A stretch of 64,000 nucleotides of DNA, from positions 57,808 to 121,807 of the IMG/VR virus record IMGVR_UViG_3300032138_000647; one strand, written 5' to 3'. Positions 47,686-56,362 of this stretch are shown one piece after another. Each line of letters opens with the position of its first letter. Positions within the stretch are counted from its first letter, which is position 1. The stretch is from a virus (lineage: Duplodnaviria > Caudoviricetes). The notes under the pieces were generated by a model. The model had not been told where the DNA came from. It saw only the letters and a program-made list of their open reading frames with translations, and did no database searches. The position numbers and the translations under genes were made by a program.

Positions 47686-48001
47686 TGATAAAGCTCCTTT
47701 GTGCTCTTGTTAAGTATAGTGAATTCCTCGTTTTTAGAAACAGCATGTAGAAATCAAACGTTTCTAAAGAAACCTTCTGCATCTGTGTCTGAATGTGGTC
47801 TTCTCTATGTCCATGCATTCCCCAAGGATCATAAAGAGCGGATCGGTGAGTCATCACATAGTATGTCTTGTGACCGTTTGCATTTTTGGTTTTCGCGTAA
47901 GACTTTTCATTCCTGTGTTCTATGGCTTCCCCCAATCTATCAAACGCTTCTTCAGTGACGGTTGGCGGAGAAGGCTTAGAGCTTCCATCTAAATATTCCA
48001 T
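47678..48001 (-). CDS. Hypothetical protein
   Basis: 107-aa ORF in the operon with a GAGG RBS. Confidence 0.6.
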   Translation of the reverse strand: MEYLDGSSKPSPPTVTEEAFDRLGEAIEHRNEKSYAKTKNANGHKTYYVMTHRSALYDPWGMHGHREDHIQTQMQKVSLETFDFYMLFLKTRNSLYLTRAQRSFIND

Positions 48002-48022
48002 ATTCTGTACCTCATTTAATTT

Positions 48023-48364
48023 CTAGAGAAGATGACCAAAAGCAAGGTATGCTAATAATGCTAACTGGAAGACAAAGACGCCTGCACAGATAGAGGTTCC
48101 CCACTTCCTGTTCTTGTTATAAATTCGTTTAGTAATAAGCATTGACACAACTGTACCAATAATCTTAAGGGGTATAAAGAGAGAAAAATCTCCCGTTATG
48201 AGAACCATCCTCACTACAATGGGGTTCTTTTCGGTTGCTTCAAACGCGCTGGAGTTGGATGGGTCTAGCAATGTAATGGCAAGGTAGAGGTCAAATAGGG
48301 ATATCAGTCCTATTGCAACCAGCATTGCATAAAAGATGATATCGTTTGTTTTCTGAGAAAGCAT
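48023..48364 (-). CDS. Small multi-TM membrane protein (DUF5658-like)
   Basis: Three to four hydrophobic helices with a D...T...E.NP...K pattern. Confidence 0.55.
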   Translation of the reverse strand: MLSQKTNDIIFYAMLVAIGLISLFDLYLAITLLDPSNSSAFEATEKNPIVVRMVLITGDFSLFIPLKIIGTVVSMLITKRIYNKNRKWGTSICAGVFVFQLALLAYLAFGHLL

Positions 48365-48377
48365 GGCAATAAATCTT

Positions 48378-49037
48378 TCACCCCGAAAGGGCCAATAATA
48401 TTTCAGCTATAATCGAATGCCTTTGTATATCACCATAGTCGAGCCTTATAATTCCTACCCCTTTGATGTGCTCTATTTTTTCTAAGCATGTTACTAGCCC
48501 GCTTCGAGTGCTGATGTCGGTCTGCTTGATGTCTCCATTAATAACAACCTTAGAGCCTTCCCCCATCCTTGTGATAAACATTTTAATTTGATCCAGCGTG
48601 CAGTTTTGAGCTTCGTCTAAGATCATGTATGAATTATGAAACGTAGAGCCTCTCATTGTTTCTAAGGGTTCGTACCTGATTTGACGACTGTTTATGTGGC
48701 TTCCATACAGAGCCTGACCTAGAAAATACTTAAAGTTCTCTTCCATTGGAAGAAGGTAGGGTTTGATCTTTTCATCTATAAAGCCCGGCATAGCTCCTAT
48801 CTCTCGGCCAGCACACACTAGCGGCCTAGTAACTATAACCTGTTCAATTTTCTTGGCATGTAGGTGCTCAGACGCTAGCCCCGCCACCACAAAAGATTTG
48901 CCAGTGCCAGCCGGTCCAACGCATATGGTTACATCGTTATCTATGATAGATCTTATGTAATCTTTTTGGTTGCTGGTCTTTGCTTCTATTTTGTTGATAT
49001 GGAGTCGAGGCTGCTTCTTCTTTTGTTTTCTATGCAT
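48378..49037 (-). CDS. phoH: PhoH-family ATPase
   Basis: GPAGTGKS, TRP, IGAMPG...EKI.PY, MRGSTF, ILDEAQN, TRMG, GD..Q.D. Start refined to 49037. Confidence 0.93.
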   Translation of the reverse strand: MHRKQKKKQPRLHINKIEAKTSNQKDYIRSIIDNDVTICVGPAGTGKSFVVAGLASEHLHAKKIEQVIVTRPLVCAGREIGAMPGFIDEKIKPYLLPMEENFKYFLGQALYGSHINSRQIRYEPLETMRGSTFHNSYMILDEAQNCTLDQIKMFITRMGEGSKVVINGDIKQTDISTRSGLVTCLEKIEHIKGVGIIRLDYGDIQRHSIIAEILLALSG

Positions 49038-49050
49038 GCTAACCTTTATT

Positions 49051-49584
49051 CTATTTTCCGCTACTTCCGAACCCTCCCGACCCTCTTTCCGATAATGAGA
49101 GTTGGTCGAATTCAACAAGCTGGAATTGAGGAACTGGTTGGAATAAAATTTGGGCTATCCTGTCCCCCTTGTTAATCTTCAGTACAATTTCTGAAGAGTT
49201 AAACAGGCACACTCCGACCTCTCCTCTGTATCCAGCGTCCACTACTCCGGCCAACACGTCCACCCCATGCTTTACAGACAGGCCAGACCTTGGCCATATT
49301 AGACCGGCGTACCCGTCTGGGATTTCCAAGGAAACACCAGTCTTGATGAGACCTCTGTGCAGGGGAGCAACGTATCTGTCTTCCGAGGCATACAAGTCCC
49401 ATCCTGCATCAGAGCTATTTGCCTGCGTAGGCATTGATGCGTTTTCATTATTGAGAACCACCCTTATAGCTCCAGCTAGTGCGTCGGGACGACGCTTCTT
49501 TCCACCATGCAGCATTTGAAGCCTAACTTTGTAGTCGGTGCATTCGCCGTCTGCGCTAAGTTTCATGTCATGTTCTTCTTCCAT
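49051..49584 (-). CDS. dut: Trimeric dUTPase
   Basis: AGWDL, RSGL, GVVDAGYRGE, GDRIAQ, RGSGGFGSSG. Start refined (AGGAG RBS). Confidence 0.95.
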   Translation of the reverse strand: MEEEHDMKLSADGECTDYKVRLQMLHGGKKRRPDALAGAIRVVLNNENASMPTQANSSDAGWDLYASEDRYVAPLHRGLIKTGVSLEIPDGYAGLIWPRSGLSVKHGVDVLAGVVDAGYRGEVGVCLFNSSEIVLKINKGDRIAQILFQPVPQFQLVEFDQLSLSERGSGGFGSSGK

Positions 49585-49594
49585 CGCAGTTCTC

Positions 49595-49837
49595 CTATCT
49601 AGGTATTGAAGACAGTGTTTCGTGGCCATGAATGCATGTCATGACATAAAATGTTTTAGAAAGCAACACCTTGGTGTCTCCAGTCCACCTTGTATCCAGC
49701 CCATCAAATGGACATTTGTATTCCGAAGAGCTAGCTTTTAGCACGCACTTTCCGTCTTTTTCTACGTATCCCGGATTGCAGTTGGGCGGGTATCCAGCTT
49801 TCTCATCAGACTCGGCCCTTTTTCTTGGTGAAGGCAT
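49595..49837 (-). CDS. Small Cys-containing hypothetical protein
   Basis: NCNPGY...GKCV and CP...C.HGH motifs; fills the intergenic gap and has an RBS. Confidence 0.55.
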   Translation of the reverse strand: MPSPRKRAESDEKAGYPPNCNPGYVEKDGKCVLKASSSEYKCPFDGLDTRWTGDTKVLLSKTFYVMTCIHGHETLSSIPR

Positions 49838-49846
49838 AAGTATCTC

Positions 49847-52039
49847 CTAGACTAGTTCACATGTGCCGCCAGCGCAAGCCCATTCTTGCTCTGGTTTAAC
49901 GTTGTCTTCTTCTTCTATAACTTCTGTATAATCTACGCCCTGAATTTCTCTATTGAGGTCTACCCACTCTTTCCAGTTGTATACATCCTTCATGCAATAA
50001 GTTAGCTTTCTGGTGTCTCCCTCGAAATATCTACCAGCAAACCTCTCACATCTTGAAATCCATTTTTTCTTAGCCCCGCCCTTGGGTGTCGTTCCTAAAC
50101 CTAGCAGGGAATCGCAAGCTGCCCATAAGTTATCTTCCCACAAGTCTAGGGCCACTTCTATAAGGCCACTAACAAACAGTGAGGCGTCACCGTAGTGTCC
50201 CACCTGTTCACTGGGTAGGTAGATGGCTGTGAATGGAGCCTGCGGATAATCTTTGTCTCCAGTAATTGGTAGAAGTGATACTCCGCAGAAGAAGTTTCTG
50301 TTTTTGTAGATAAACTTTTCTACCTCATCCCACTCATTAGGCTTAACGTTGATCGTATTGGACACGTTGTGAGTCAGCCAAGGCTGAGCGCAGAGTCTTT
50401 TGTTTGTTCCGTTAACAACCCAATTCTTTTGGGTGGACTTTACATATTCTAGTAGGTCTAACGCTCCAATCTGGTTTTTGGTTTTAGAGCCGGGAGCCAC
50501 CTCTATGCAGAAAGAAATCACTTCATCGCTATTATTAGCAGACCACACAGACTCTTCACATGATCGAGGGTTTACCTTTTTGAGGTGTTGGTAGATCGGC
50601 TCCATTTTATTAGCCTGAACTCGCCTAATGTATCTCTTGGCATGATGAGGATGAATGCCGCTGCTTGTACCAAGAACACAAGAAGTTGTACCCTCTGGTT
50701 TAATGCAGGTTGTTCTCGCCGCAGGGTTTATGCCTATCTTTTTAGCGAACTCTTTATTGGTGTCTTTTACAACCTTTGCTCCGTCACGCTGCACATCTGG
50801 GTCGAGACATATCTCAGGACAATCCATGATTCCAGTCATAGATACGCCAAGCAACGCCTCTCTTGAAATAATTCTTTCGCTCACCTCTCCCAGATATGGA
50901 AAGTTATTGAACCCAGCCTGAAGTGTTCCTATGATTGCAGCAGCCCTGCATGAATCATAAAACTCATCTGAGTCTTCAATCTTTGAGCAGTTAATGGTGC
51001 TTAAGTTGCAAGCTTGCCAACCAGTATCCCCGGTTTCTAAATCCACAGGGTATAGGCCAATTTCTACACAAGGATTAACAACAAGCTCTTTGGAGTCAGA
51101 CCAAACAAATCCCGGCTCCCCGAACTCCCTTACGGATTGCATTAGTTCGGAGAATCTCTCTACGCTAGTCTTGTCTCTAAGGAGTAGGGCTGAGTTATTC
51201 GATCTGCCTCGCTGTGGGTTCTCGTGGAACCAGTTTCCAGTCTTGGCTGTAGCCATCTCTTTATCGCTAGGAGAAAACAGGCAGATGGTGGCGCTACGCC
51301 TAACCCCTCCGCTAATAACGGCGTCTGCGCTATGCATGACGATATCGTAGGCTTGAAGAGGCGTCAGTTTTCTAATATCTTGAGCGCAAAACTCGCAGTC
51401 TCTCAAGGCTTTGTCTAGAACTTTCTTGATGTTTGAAAGAGCTTTCTTTAAAGGCTCTGGGCCGGGAGCTTTTCCCGAACTGGAGCTTAAAAAGGAGCCA
51501 GCAGGCCGTATCTCAGAGAAATCGAAGACAACGCTCTTGCCTGTGTATTCGGGAAACAGTTCGTCTTGTTCAAAGTAGCTAGAAATCAGAACGCCTACCG
51601 CGTCAGACCACCCTTCTATATTGTCAGGAATGGTAAACTTCTTCGTTCCCTTTCTGTCTTTAGTAAAGGGTGGGAGCTTGGAAACGTGATGTTTTTGTAC
51701 GGAGAACCCAGTACCGCAACCGCAAAGTAGGAGGTACATGCACTCCTGAAAGAATCGCAGTCTGTCTGCGTAGGAAGCAATGCAGTTGTACATACGGGCA
51801 TTATGTTTGAAGATGGGCTTGCCGCCAAACTGCAAGGCTCTTTGAGATCCAAGGACACGCTTTTTGTACATCATGTCATAGGCCCACGCTATATCCCCGT
51901 TGACTTCGGGATATTTTTCGTACATCATTTTCATCACTCTGTCAACTGACTCTTTCCAAGTCTCCCTTCTTTTCTTCTCTGGTATCCATCGCGCATATTT
52001 TGAAACAAAGCTGTAACTCATAAGTGATTTGATTGACAT
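49847..52039 (-). CDS. nrdJ: Class II (adenosylcobalamin-dependent) ribonucleotide reductase, monomeric type
   Basis: RETW, YNC, G.GTGF, SGGVRRSA, R..SNNS, GEPG, NPCVEI, CNL, KPEGT.S, C-terminal ACAGGTCE; no NrdB nearby. Start refined to 52039. Confidence 0.9.
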   Translation of the reverse strand: MSIKSLMSYSFVSKYARWIPEKKRRETWKESVDRVMKMMYEKYPEVNGDIAWAYDMMYKKRVLGSQRALQFGGKPIFKHNARMYNCIASYADRLRFFQECMYLLLCGCGTGFSVQKHHVSKLPPFTKDRKGTKKFTIPDNIEGWSDAVGVLISSYFEQDELFPEYTGKSVVFDFSEIRPAGSFLSSSSGKAPGPEPLKKALSNIKKVLDKALRDCEFCAQDIRKLTPLQAYDIVMHSADAVISGGVRRSATICLFSPSDKEMATAKTGNWFHENPQRGRSNNSALLLRDKTSVERFSELMQSVREFGEPGFVWSDSKELVVNPCVEIGLYPVDLETGDTGWQACNLSTINCSKIEDSDEFYDSCRAAAIIGTLQAGFNNFPYLGEVSERIISREALLGVSMTGIMDCPEICLDPDVQRDGAKVVKDTNKEFAKKIGINPAARTTCIKPEGTTSCVLGTSSGIHPHHAKRYIRRVQANKMEPIYQHLKKVNPRSCEESVWSANNSDEVISFCIEVAPGSKTKNQIGALDLLEYVKSTQKNWVVNGTNKRLCAQPWLTHNVSNTINVKPNEWDEVEKFIYKNRNFFCGVSLLPITGDKDYPQAPFTAIYLPSEQVGHYGDASLFVSGLIEVALDLWEDNLWAACDSLLGLGTTPKGGAKKKWISRCERFAGRYFEGDTRKLTYCMKDVYNWKEWVDLNREIQGVDYTEVIEEEDNVKPEQEWACAGGTCELV

Positions 52040-52080
52040 TGTTTTTCCATTATTCTCTTTTAAACGTCCTTGGTATATAT

Positions 52081-52108
52081 AAAAAGCCACGACCTATCTG
52101 GCCGTGGC
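52081..52108 (-). terminator. Intrinsic terminator between the lysis-like block and nrdJ
   Basis: GCCACGGCC-AGATA-GGTCGTGGC-TTTTT on the - strand. Confidence 0.7.
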
Positions 52109-52149
52109 GGTGTGTATCTTAGTGCATCAACGGGGTTTGACGGGACTGG

Positions 52150-52515
52150 TTAGTTTTCATTTTCTTCGTCTTGGTTTTCAAATAGATTATCAATTAGTTT
52201 CCGAGTTATCCAGTTAACTATGGCACCCAAGAACACCTGAAACACAAATGGCAAGACCCAAATTGGTACAAAGCTCTTGATCTCGTCTGGATCTAGGTTG
52301 TCTTTTATGTATTGACTGCACTCTTGTTTGAGGGTTTTCTTGTGTTCCTTTGGGTCAGCCCCTGCGGGAGTTCTGAATCTGTCAAAACTAGACCAATCCC
52401 CGCTTACTATTCTAGTCCATTCCTCGCCAAGTTGCAAACATTTTTCTGCAATTTTTTGATGATTCTTGCCTTTGTATTTCGACCCTATCTCTTGTCTCAG
52501 GCCAGCAAATCTCAT
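52150..52515 (-). CDS. Hypothetical protein with C-terminal hydrophobic helix
   Basis: FVPIWVLPFVFQVFLGAIVNWI segment. Confidence 0.55.
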   Translation of the reverse strand: MRFAGLRQEIGSKYKGKNHQKIAEKCLQLGEEWTRIVSGDWSSFDRFRTPAGADPKEHKKTLKQECSQYIKDNLDPDEIKSFVPIWVLPFVFQVFLGAIVNWITRKLIDNLFENQDEENEN

Positions 52516-52847
52516 TATTCCTCCTCATCATAGCTGAAAGGTATGTCTGGGAAGTTGTCCAGTCTGACTACGCCTCCGGTCTCACCCAAAGAGATACCCA
52601 GCACGTCAATTTTTATGGTGAATATTTTTTTTACCGAGACTACGGGCTTATTGCTTATGAAGTCTATCTCTATGTCTCCACCCTCTGTGGATGATATTCT
52701 TATATCTACTGAAGGTTTAGTCTTAAGGGTGTATTTATCAATCTTAAAACCCTTTTTAGATGACAGTTGTGTTAAGACATCGTAGACCTTGCTGAGTTGT
52801 TCCATGAATGGAGTAGACCCTCTCTTTCTTTGAATATCGTATCGCAA
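52515..52847 (-). CDS. Hypothetical protein
   Basis: 110-aa ORF coupled to the downstream gene. Confidence 0.55.
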   Translation of the reverse strand: MRYDIQRKRGSTPFMEQLSKVYDVLTQLSSKKGFKIDKYTLKTKPSVDIRISSTEGGDIEIDFISNKPVVSVKKIFTIKIDVLGISLGETGGVVRLDNFPDIPFSYDEEE

Positions 52848-52864
52848 ATGATACAGTTTATCGA

Positions 52865-53215
52865 CTATTGTTTTTTTTTACAGCTACACTCTCCGTGTAC
52901 ATTTTTACAGTCGCAGTAGGTTTTTTTAGTGTCACATTGGCATCGCCATGTTCTTTCTTGCTCTTGCTCTTCGTGATAGGGACAGGGGGTGGTGTGTCCA
53001 TCACCGTGGGTAATAATACCAGTGCCTTTACAGGCACACTTTTCTGGATCGGGATCTGGCTGAGGAGTGGGTTCGGGGGCTTTGTACTCAGTCTCGTTCA
53101 CTACAAAAGCTACATAGCCTTCATTTCTGAGGTGGTCAAAGTCTGGCACAGAGACTGACGGAGTATTATAACATCCAAAACACAAGAGGGCATAAAAGGG
53201 GAGCAGGTATTTCAT
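52865..53215 (-). CDS. Putative Cys-rich lipoprotein
   Basis: MKYLLPFYALLCFG|C lipobox-like signal, PEPTPQPDPDP linker, CxC.G.G...H...CP and further Cys pairs. Confidence 0.6.
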   Translation of the reverse strand: MKYLLPFYALLCFGCYNTPSVSVPDFDHLRNEGYVAFVVNETEYKAPEPTPQPDPDPEKCACKGTGIITHGDGHTTPCPYHEEQEQERTWRCQCDTKKTYCDCKNVHGECSCKKKQ

Positions 53216-54117
53216 TATATGATCCTTGTGTTTAGTTTGCGAGGCTTGAATCCTTCGTATCCGCTGAAAGCCCAGCAGTCGCCTTGCTTAAGCATTCTAT
53301 TTTCTACCTCTTCTGCGTCAATCCAGAAAGAACCATCTGGCTGGTTGTTCCTTTTGGGGCCAGCGTTCCAGATGCCCCACGAGTTCATGCACAGCACTCC
53401 GGGACGCTTATATTTATCATCGACACCCAATAAGCACATCTGGTGCGCCCACTCGCCTCTGGGTTTAGCAAAGCCTTCTGAGTCCCTTTGCGAGCTAAAC
53501 CCTTGGTCGCTAGCTATAGTGATTGCATAGCCATTAGCAAGTAGATCTCTAGCCTGTTCGTATGAGTCTACTCTTGACACGGTTAGGATAGGATGTTGCT
53601 TAGATATCTCTAGGAGGGTTTTGGGAACTCCGCCTGACGGTTTGCCCCAGTTTCTAGCCTTGGAACCGCTATACTCTCTGAGGTCAACGTTTCCGTACTT
53701 TCCACGGGGTACTGCTCCGTATTCATTGCAGTATCTGGCTGCCCACACTCCGTATGCTCCGTCTCCTCTTAAATTACCTCCACCAATCACAACGCGGCTG
53801 CCAGCATATATATCTTCAGTAGATGTTTCCGCTACCCACTCTTCAAACTCATTGTTAACGAAGATGTCTACGCATTTAGCGGCGTCTACTGCATAGGCTG
53901 CTCCTTGAGCTACGCAGTCCCCCACGGTTTGGAGTCTGATAGGAAACTTTCCCGCAGCCGCCGTGATGTAGTCATACAGTAGGCAGACTTTGTTTTTGCC
54001 CGAACCTTTAAGTGGCCCCCAAGCGTCTCCGAATACGGGAGAGGGAAGAGACTTCATCGAGCTTTCTACGCCATGCGGATTGTTTACCCAACCGCCAAGG
54101 TGTGACAAGTCGGACAT
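53215..54117 (-). CDS. Papain-like cysteine peptidase (clan CA, C1-like)
   Basis: Q..GDCVA (oxyanion Gln plus Cys), WAHQM (His), NSWG.W...G.FWI (Asn); no signal peptide. Confidence 0.88.
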   Translation of the reverse strand: MSDLSHLGGWVNNPHGVESSMKSLPSPVFGDAWGPLKGSGKNKVCLLYDYITAAAGKFPIRLQTVGDCVAQGAAYAVDAAKCVDIFVNNEFEEWVAETSTEDIYAGSRVVIGGGNLRGDGAYGVWAARYCNEYGAVPRGKYGNVDLREYSGSKARNWGKPSGGVPKTLLEISKQHPILTVSRVDSYEQARDLLANGYAITIASDQGFSSQRDSEGFAKPRGEWAHQMCLLGVDDKYKRPGVLCMNSWGIWNAGPKRNNQPDGSFWIDAEEVENRMLKQGDCWAFSGYEGFKPRKLNTRII

Positions 54118-54627
54118 TTATTCAGTCGCCTGTGCTAGAGCCTCAAAAATACCCTGAAACCAATCTCTGTCTTCTTTGGTGTCTAACTTTCTAGGTTCAT
54201 CATAGCCCGCTGCCACAAGATAGTCTGAGACAGCTTGCGTAAAGTCTGGATAAGACTCGCGGTTCCAACCGTAGCTGGTCTGAACTCTCCCAAGAATGGG
54301 GTCAAACTGGCTGGTGTTTTTAATAGACTTGGCGTTGCTGAGATATTCAGCAGCACCCGACAGGAGCTTATAGATCAACTCTCTGTCTTCTTCACTTTCT
54401 ATCTTGATAGATTCATCGTGAACTTTTTTGAGTAGGTCAGCAACTGTTTCTTCCTCAGTCTCCCCTTCACCGTCTGACTCCCCAGCGTTGCTGTTGTCAG
54501 CAATCTGGGGGTCGGACAGCGGCGCGGTGTGCTCTGATACATACAGAGTTCCGAGTATGAGCACCAGAGACCAAGGAATTATAGTGGCTAAGCCAAACTT
54601 TGCTTCAGTAAGGCTTTTGCTAGCCAT
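54118..54627 (-). CDS. Membrane-anchored helical protein (i-spanin-like topology)
   Basis: A single N-terminal TM (LATIIPWSLVLILGTLYV), an acidic linker and a helical domain. Confidence 0.5.
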   Translation of the reverse strand: MASKSLTEAKFGLATIIPWSLVLILGTLYVSEHTAPLSDPQIADNSNAGESDGEGETEEETVADLLKKVHDESIKIESEEDRELIYKLLSGAAEYLSNAKSIKNTSQFDPILGRVQTSYGWNRESYPDFTQAVSDYLVAAGYDEPRKLDTKEDRDWFQGIFEALAQATE

Positions 54628-54649
54628 GTAGATTCCCTCCTGTTTTTAC

Positions 54650-54895
54650 CTATTCCACTGGGGGGACAGGCGTGTCTTCGACATCTTCGATATGGTTGTT
54701 CTTGGCCCACTTGACTGCGGCGTCAAGGAGGATGCTGACAATAGGTACTACTACTATAGTACTAGCACCAAGATCAAGCTCCGCAAGATGCGTACCAAAG
54801 TACGCCAAGGTGGCGGCCAAGCCAACGAGCAGACCATTAATGCCCACCCTTCTGAAGTCGCCAGTATTTAGCGAAAACGCTTTTGAATTTTCCAT
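54650..54895 (-). CDS. Putative holin
   Basis: 81 aa, two TM helices and a charged C-terminal tail; directly upstream of a signal-less hydrolase. Confidence 0.6.
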   Translation of the reverse strand: MENSKAFSLNTGDFRRVGINGLLVGLAATLAYFGTHLAELDLGASTIVVVPIVSILLDAAVKWAKNNHIEDVEDTPVPPVE

Positions 54896-55480
54896 TTAGT
54901 TAACCTCTCTTATTTCGGATACACTTACCAAGAAACCGCCCTGTTCATCACCGTTAAGTTTGTACGGAAATCCTAGCATCCTTACTTGTTTGTCGTCAGA
55001 TGTTTTTAGCTCTTTGTGAAACTTTCTGCTCATGTCGAGGCAGGATTGGAACTCCATAAAAAGCTCTTCCCTTTCCTCTTCGTGAATGTAGGTCAGCCAA
55101 TCGTAATCTTTAACATCAGCTAGGTGTTGACCTGTTAGCTCATAAAAAGGTTCGTTAGTCCACACTACCTTGCCAGCGCTGTCAGTTTCAAAGAGAGCGG
55201 TGGAATTGTAGTGAAGGGAAGCCTTGGTTCTTTGCTCAATAATCTTCTGTCCATGTTCGATTCGTTCACATGAATCGCCCAGCTTGCAAACCACATCCTT
55301 GAGGCTACCCCCACCATTGGTGGTTATCTCCTGCTTAATGGTATCTACTGATTCTGCCAGCCCTTCATGCTTATCTATAAACTTGAGAGTGGGCTTAACC
55401 ACCTTCAAAAATATCCAAGAAATTAGGCCACCAGCAAAACTCAATAAAGTAGTGGTAATGATTACTGATTCTGAGTCCAT
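54896..55480 (-). CDS. Membrane-anchored PAS-domain protein
   Basis: N-terminal TM, coiled coil with NGGGSLKD, then a PAS pattern: LFETDSAGKVVWTNEPFYELTG...DWLTYIHEEER. Confidence 0.75.
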   Translation of the reverse strand: MDSESVIITTTLLSFAGGLISWIFLKVVKPTLKFIDKHEGLAESVDTIKQEITTNGGGSLKDVVCKLGDSCERIEHGQKIIEQRTKASLHYNSTALFETDSAGKVVWTNEPFYELTGQHLADVKDYDWLTYIHEEEREELFMEFQSCLDMSRKFHKELKTSDDKQVRMLGFPYKLNGDEQGGFLVSVSEIREVN

Positions 55481-55498
55481 ACGATACTCCCTTTGTTG

Positions 55499-55534
55499 AA
55501 AAATAGGGACGCCCCCGAAGGGGCGGCCCCTTTT
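55499..55534 (-). terminator. Intrinsic terminator after the 242-aa gene
   Basis: AGGGGCCGCCCC-TTCG-GGGGCGTCCCT-ATTTTT (cUUCGg loop). Confidence 0.8.
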
Positions 55535-55549
55535 AGTTTGGAAGTAATT

Positions 55550-56278
55550 TTAAGACTCGAAAATATCTCGACGCTTGTAGTCGCTGTTAACCGGATTAGC
55601 AGCACCAGTTCTGTAGGTGAGTTCACCCGGAATACCAAAGACGCCAGCAGCGCGGGCTGCTTCGTCGTCATGAGCGCCATCTTGGCCAGAACCAGAGATG
55701 AAGTTCGTAGCAACGTTGCCGCCAACTCCACTAGCACCAGTAATCGTTCTTCCCGGTACTCGGTCAGTACTAGGTCTTGCTAGCATATCGTAAGTCATCG
55801 TGCCAATTTGGCGATGGCTGTTAGTCTCATGCACGCCGTCAAATCCAACGCCGTCATGTTCACGACCAACGGTAGTTAGCAAGCCGCCAATGGTAGCGTC
55901 GTTGTTAATCTTGCCAGCAGCAGTGCTTCCTGCTGCTCTGAGAATAAAGTTTCTGTCTCCCGCTCTAGCGTCGGGGAAATAAGCGAGACCCCCGCCTCCA
56001 CCACGTGCTGTGGTAAGGCCATCTGGGTTGTCAGTAGCTTCGTCGGCATTGGGACGACCAGTGGCTGTCTTAGCCACGATTTGAGAACCGTGAGCATAAT
56101 CTACTGCTCCGGCGATGTCGTTGACATCGATATGCTTGGTAATTGCGCTGGCTGCCTGCTCTGCCGTCGAGCCACCACCCTTTACCATAGTGCCGCCATC
56201 GTTTTTCATGGCAGCAGCGACTCTGCCACTGTTTCCGGTAACAACGTTGTAGTTACCTGATGCTGATTGTGTAGCCAT
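55550..56278 (-). CDS. Gly/Ala/Thr-rich protein, probably an abundant late/virion protein
   Basis: Has its own candidate promoter, an AAGGAG RBS and a terminator; low-complexity composition. Confidence 0.55.
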   Translation of the reverse strand: MATQSASGNYNVVTGNSGRVAAAMKNDGGTMVKGGGSTAEQAASAITKHIDVNDIAGAVDYAHGSQIVAKTATGRPNADEATDNPDGLTTARGGGGGLAYFPDARAGDRNFILRAAGSTAAGKINNDATIGGLLTTVGREHDGVGFDGVHETNSHRQIGTMTYDMLARPSTDRVPGRTITGASGVGGNVATNFISGSGQDGAHDDEAARAAGVFGIPGELTYRTGAANPVNSDYKRRDIFES

Positions 56279-56345
56279 AATAGACTCCTTAGAAAAAATT
56301 AGTTAAAAGATTCAAATTCCGGCTCCACAAAAATTCCTTATCGTC

Positions 56346-56361
56346 CTATTACTTTATACAC
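56346..56361 (-). promoter_or_regulatory. Candidate phage late promoter GTGTATA-N3-TARTAG
   Basis: GTGTATAAAGTAATAG directly after the sigma-factor stop codon; matches 3316-3331. Confidence 0.5.
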
Positions 56362-56362
56362 C

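Noticed and set aside
52040-52149. Cobalamin riboswitch or NrdR box upstream of nrdJ
   Set aside because: The region is only 110 nt with no B12-box, and there is no palindrome matching the NrdR consensus.
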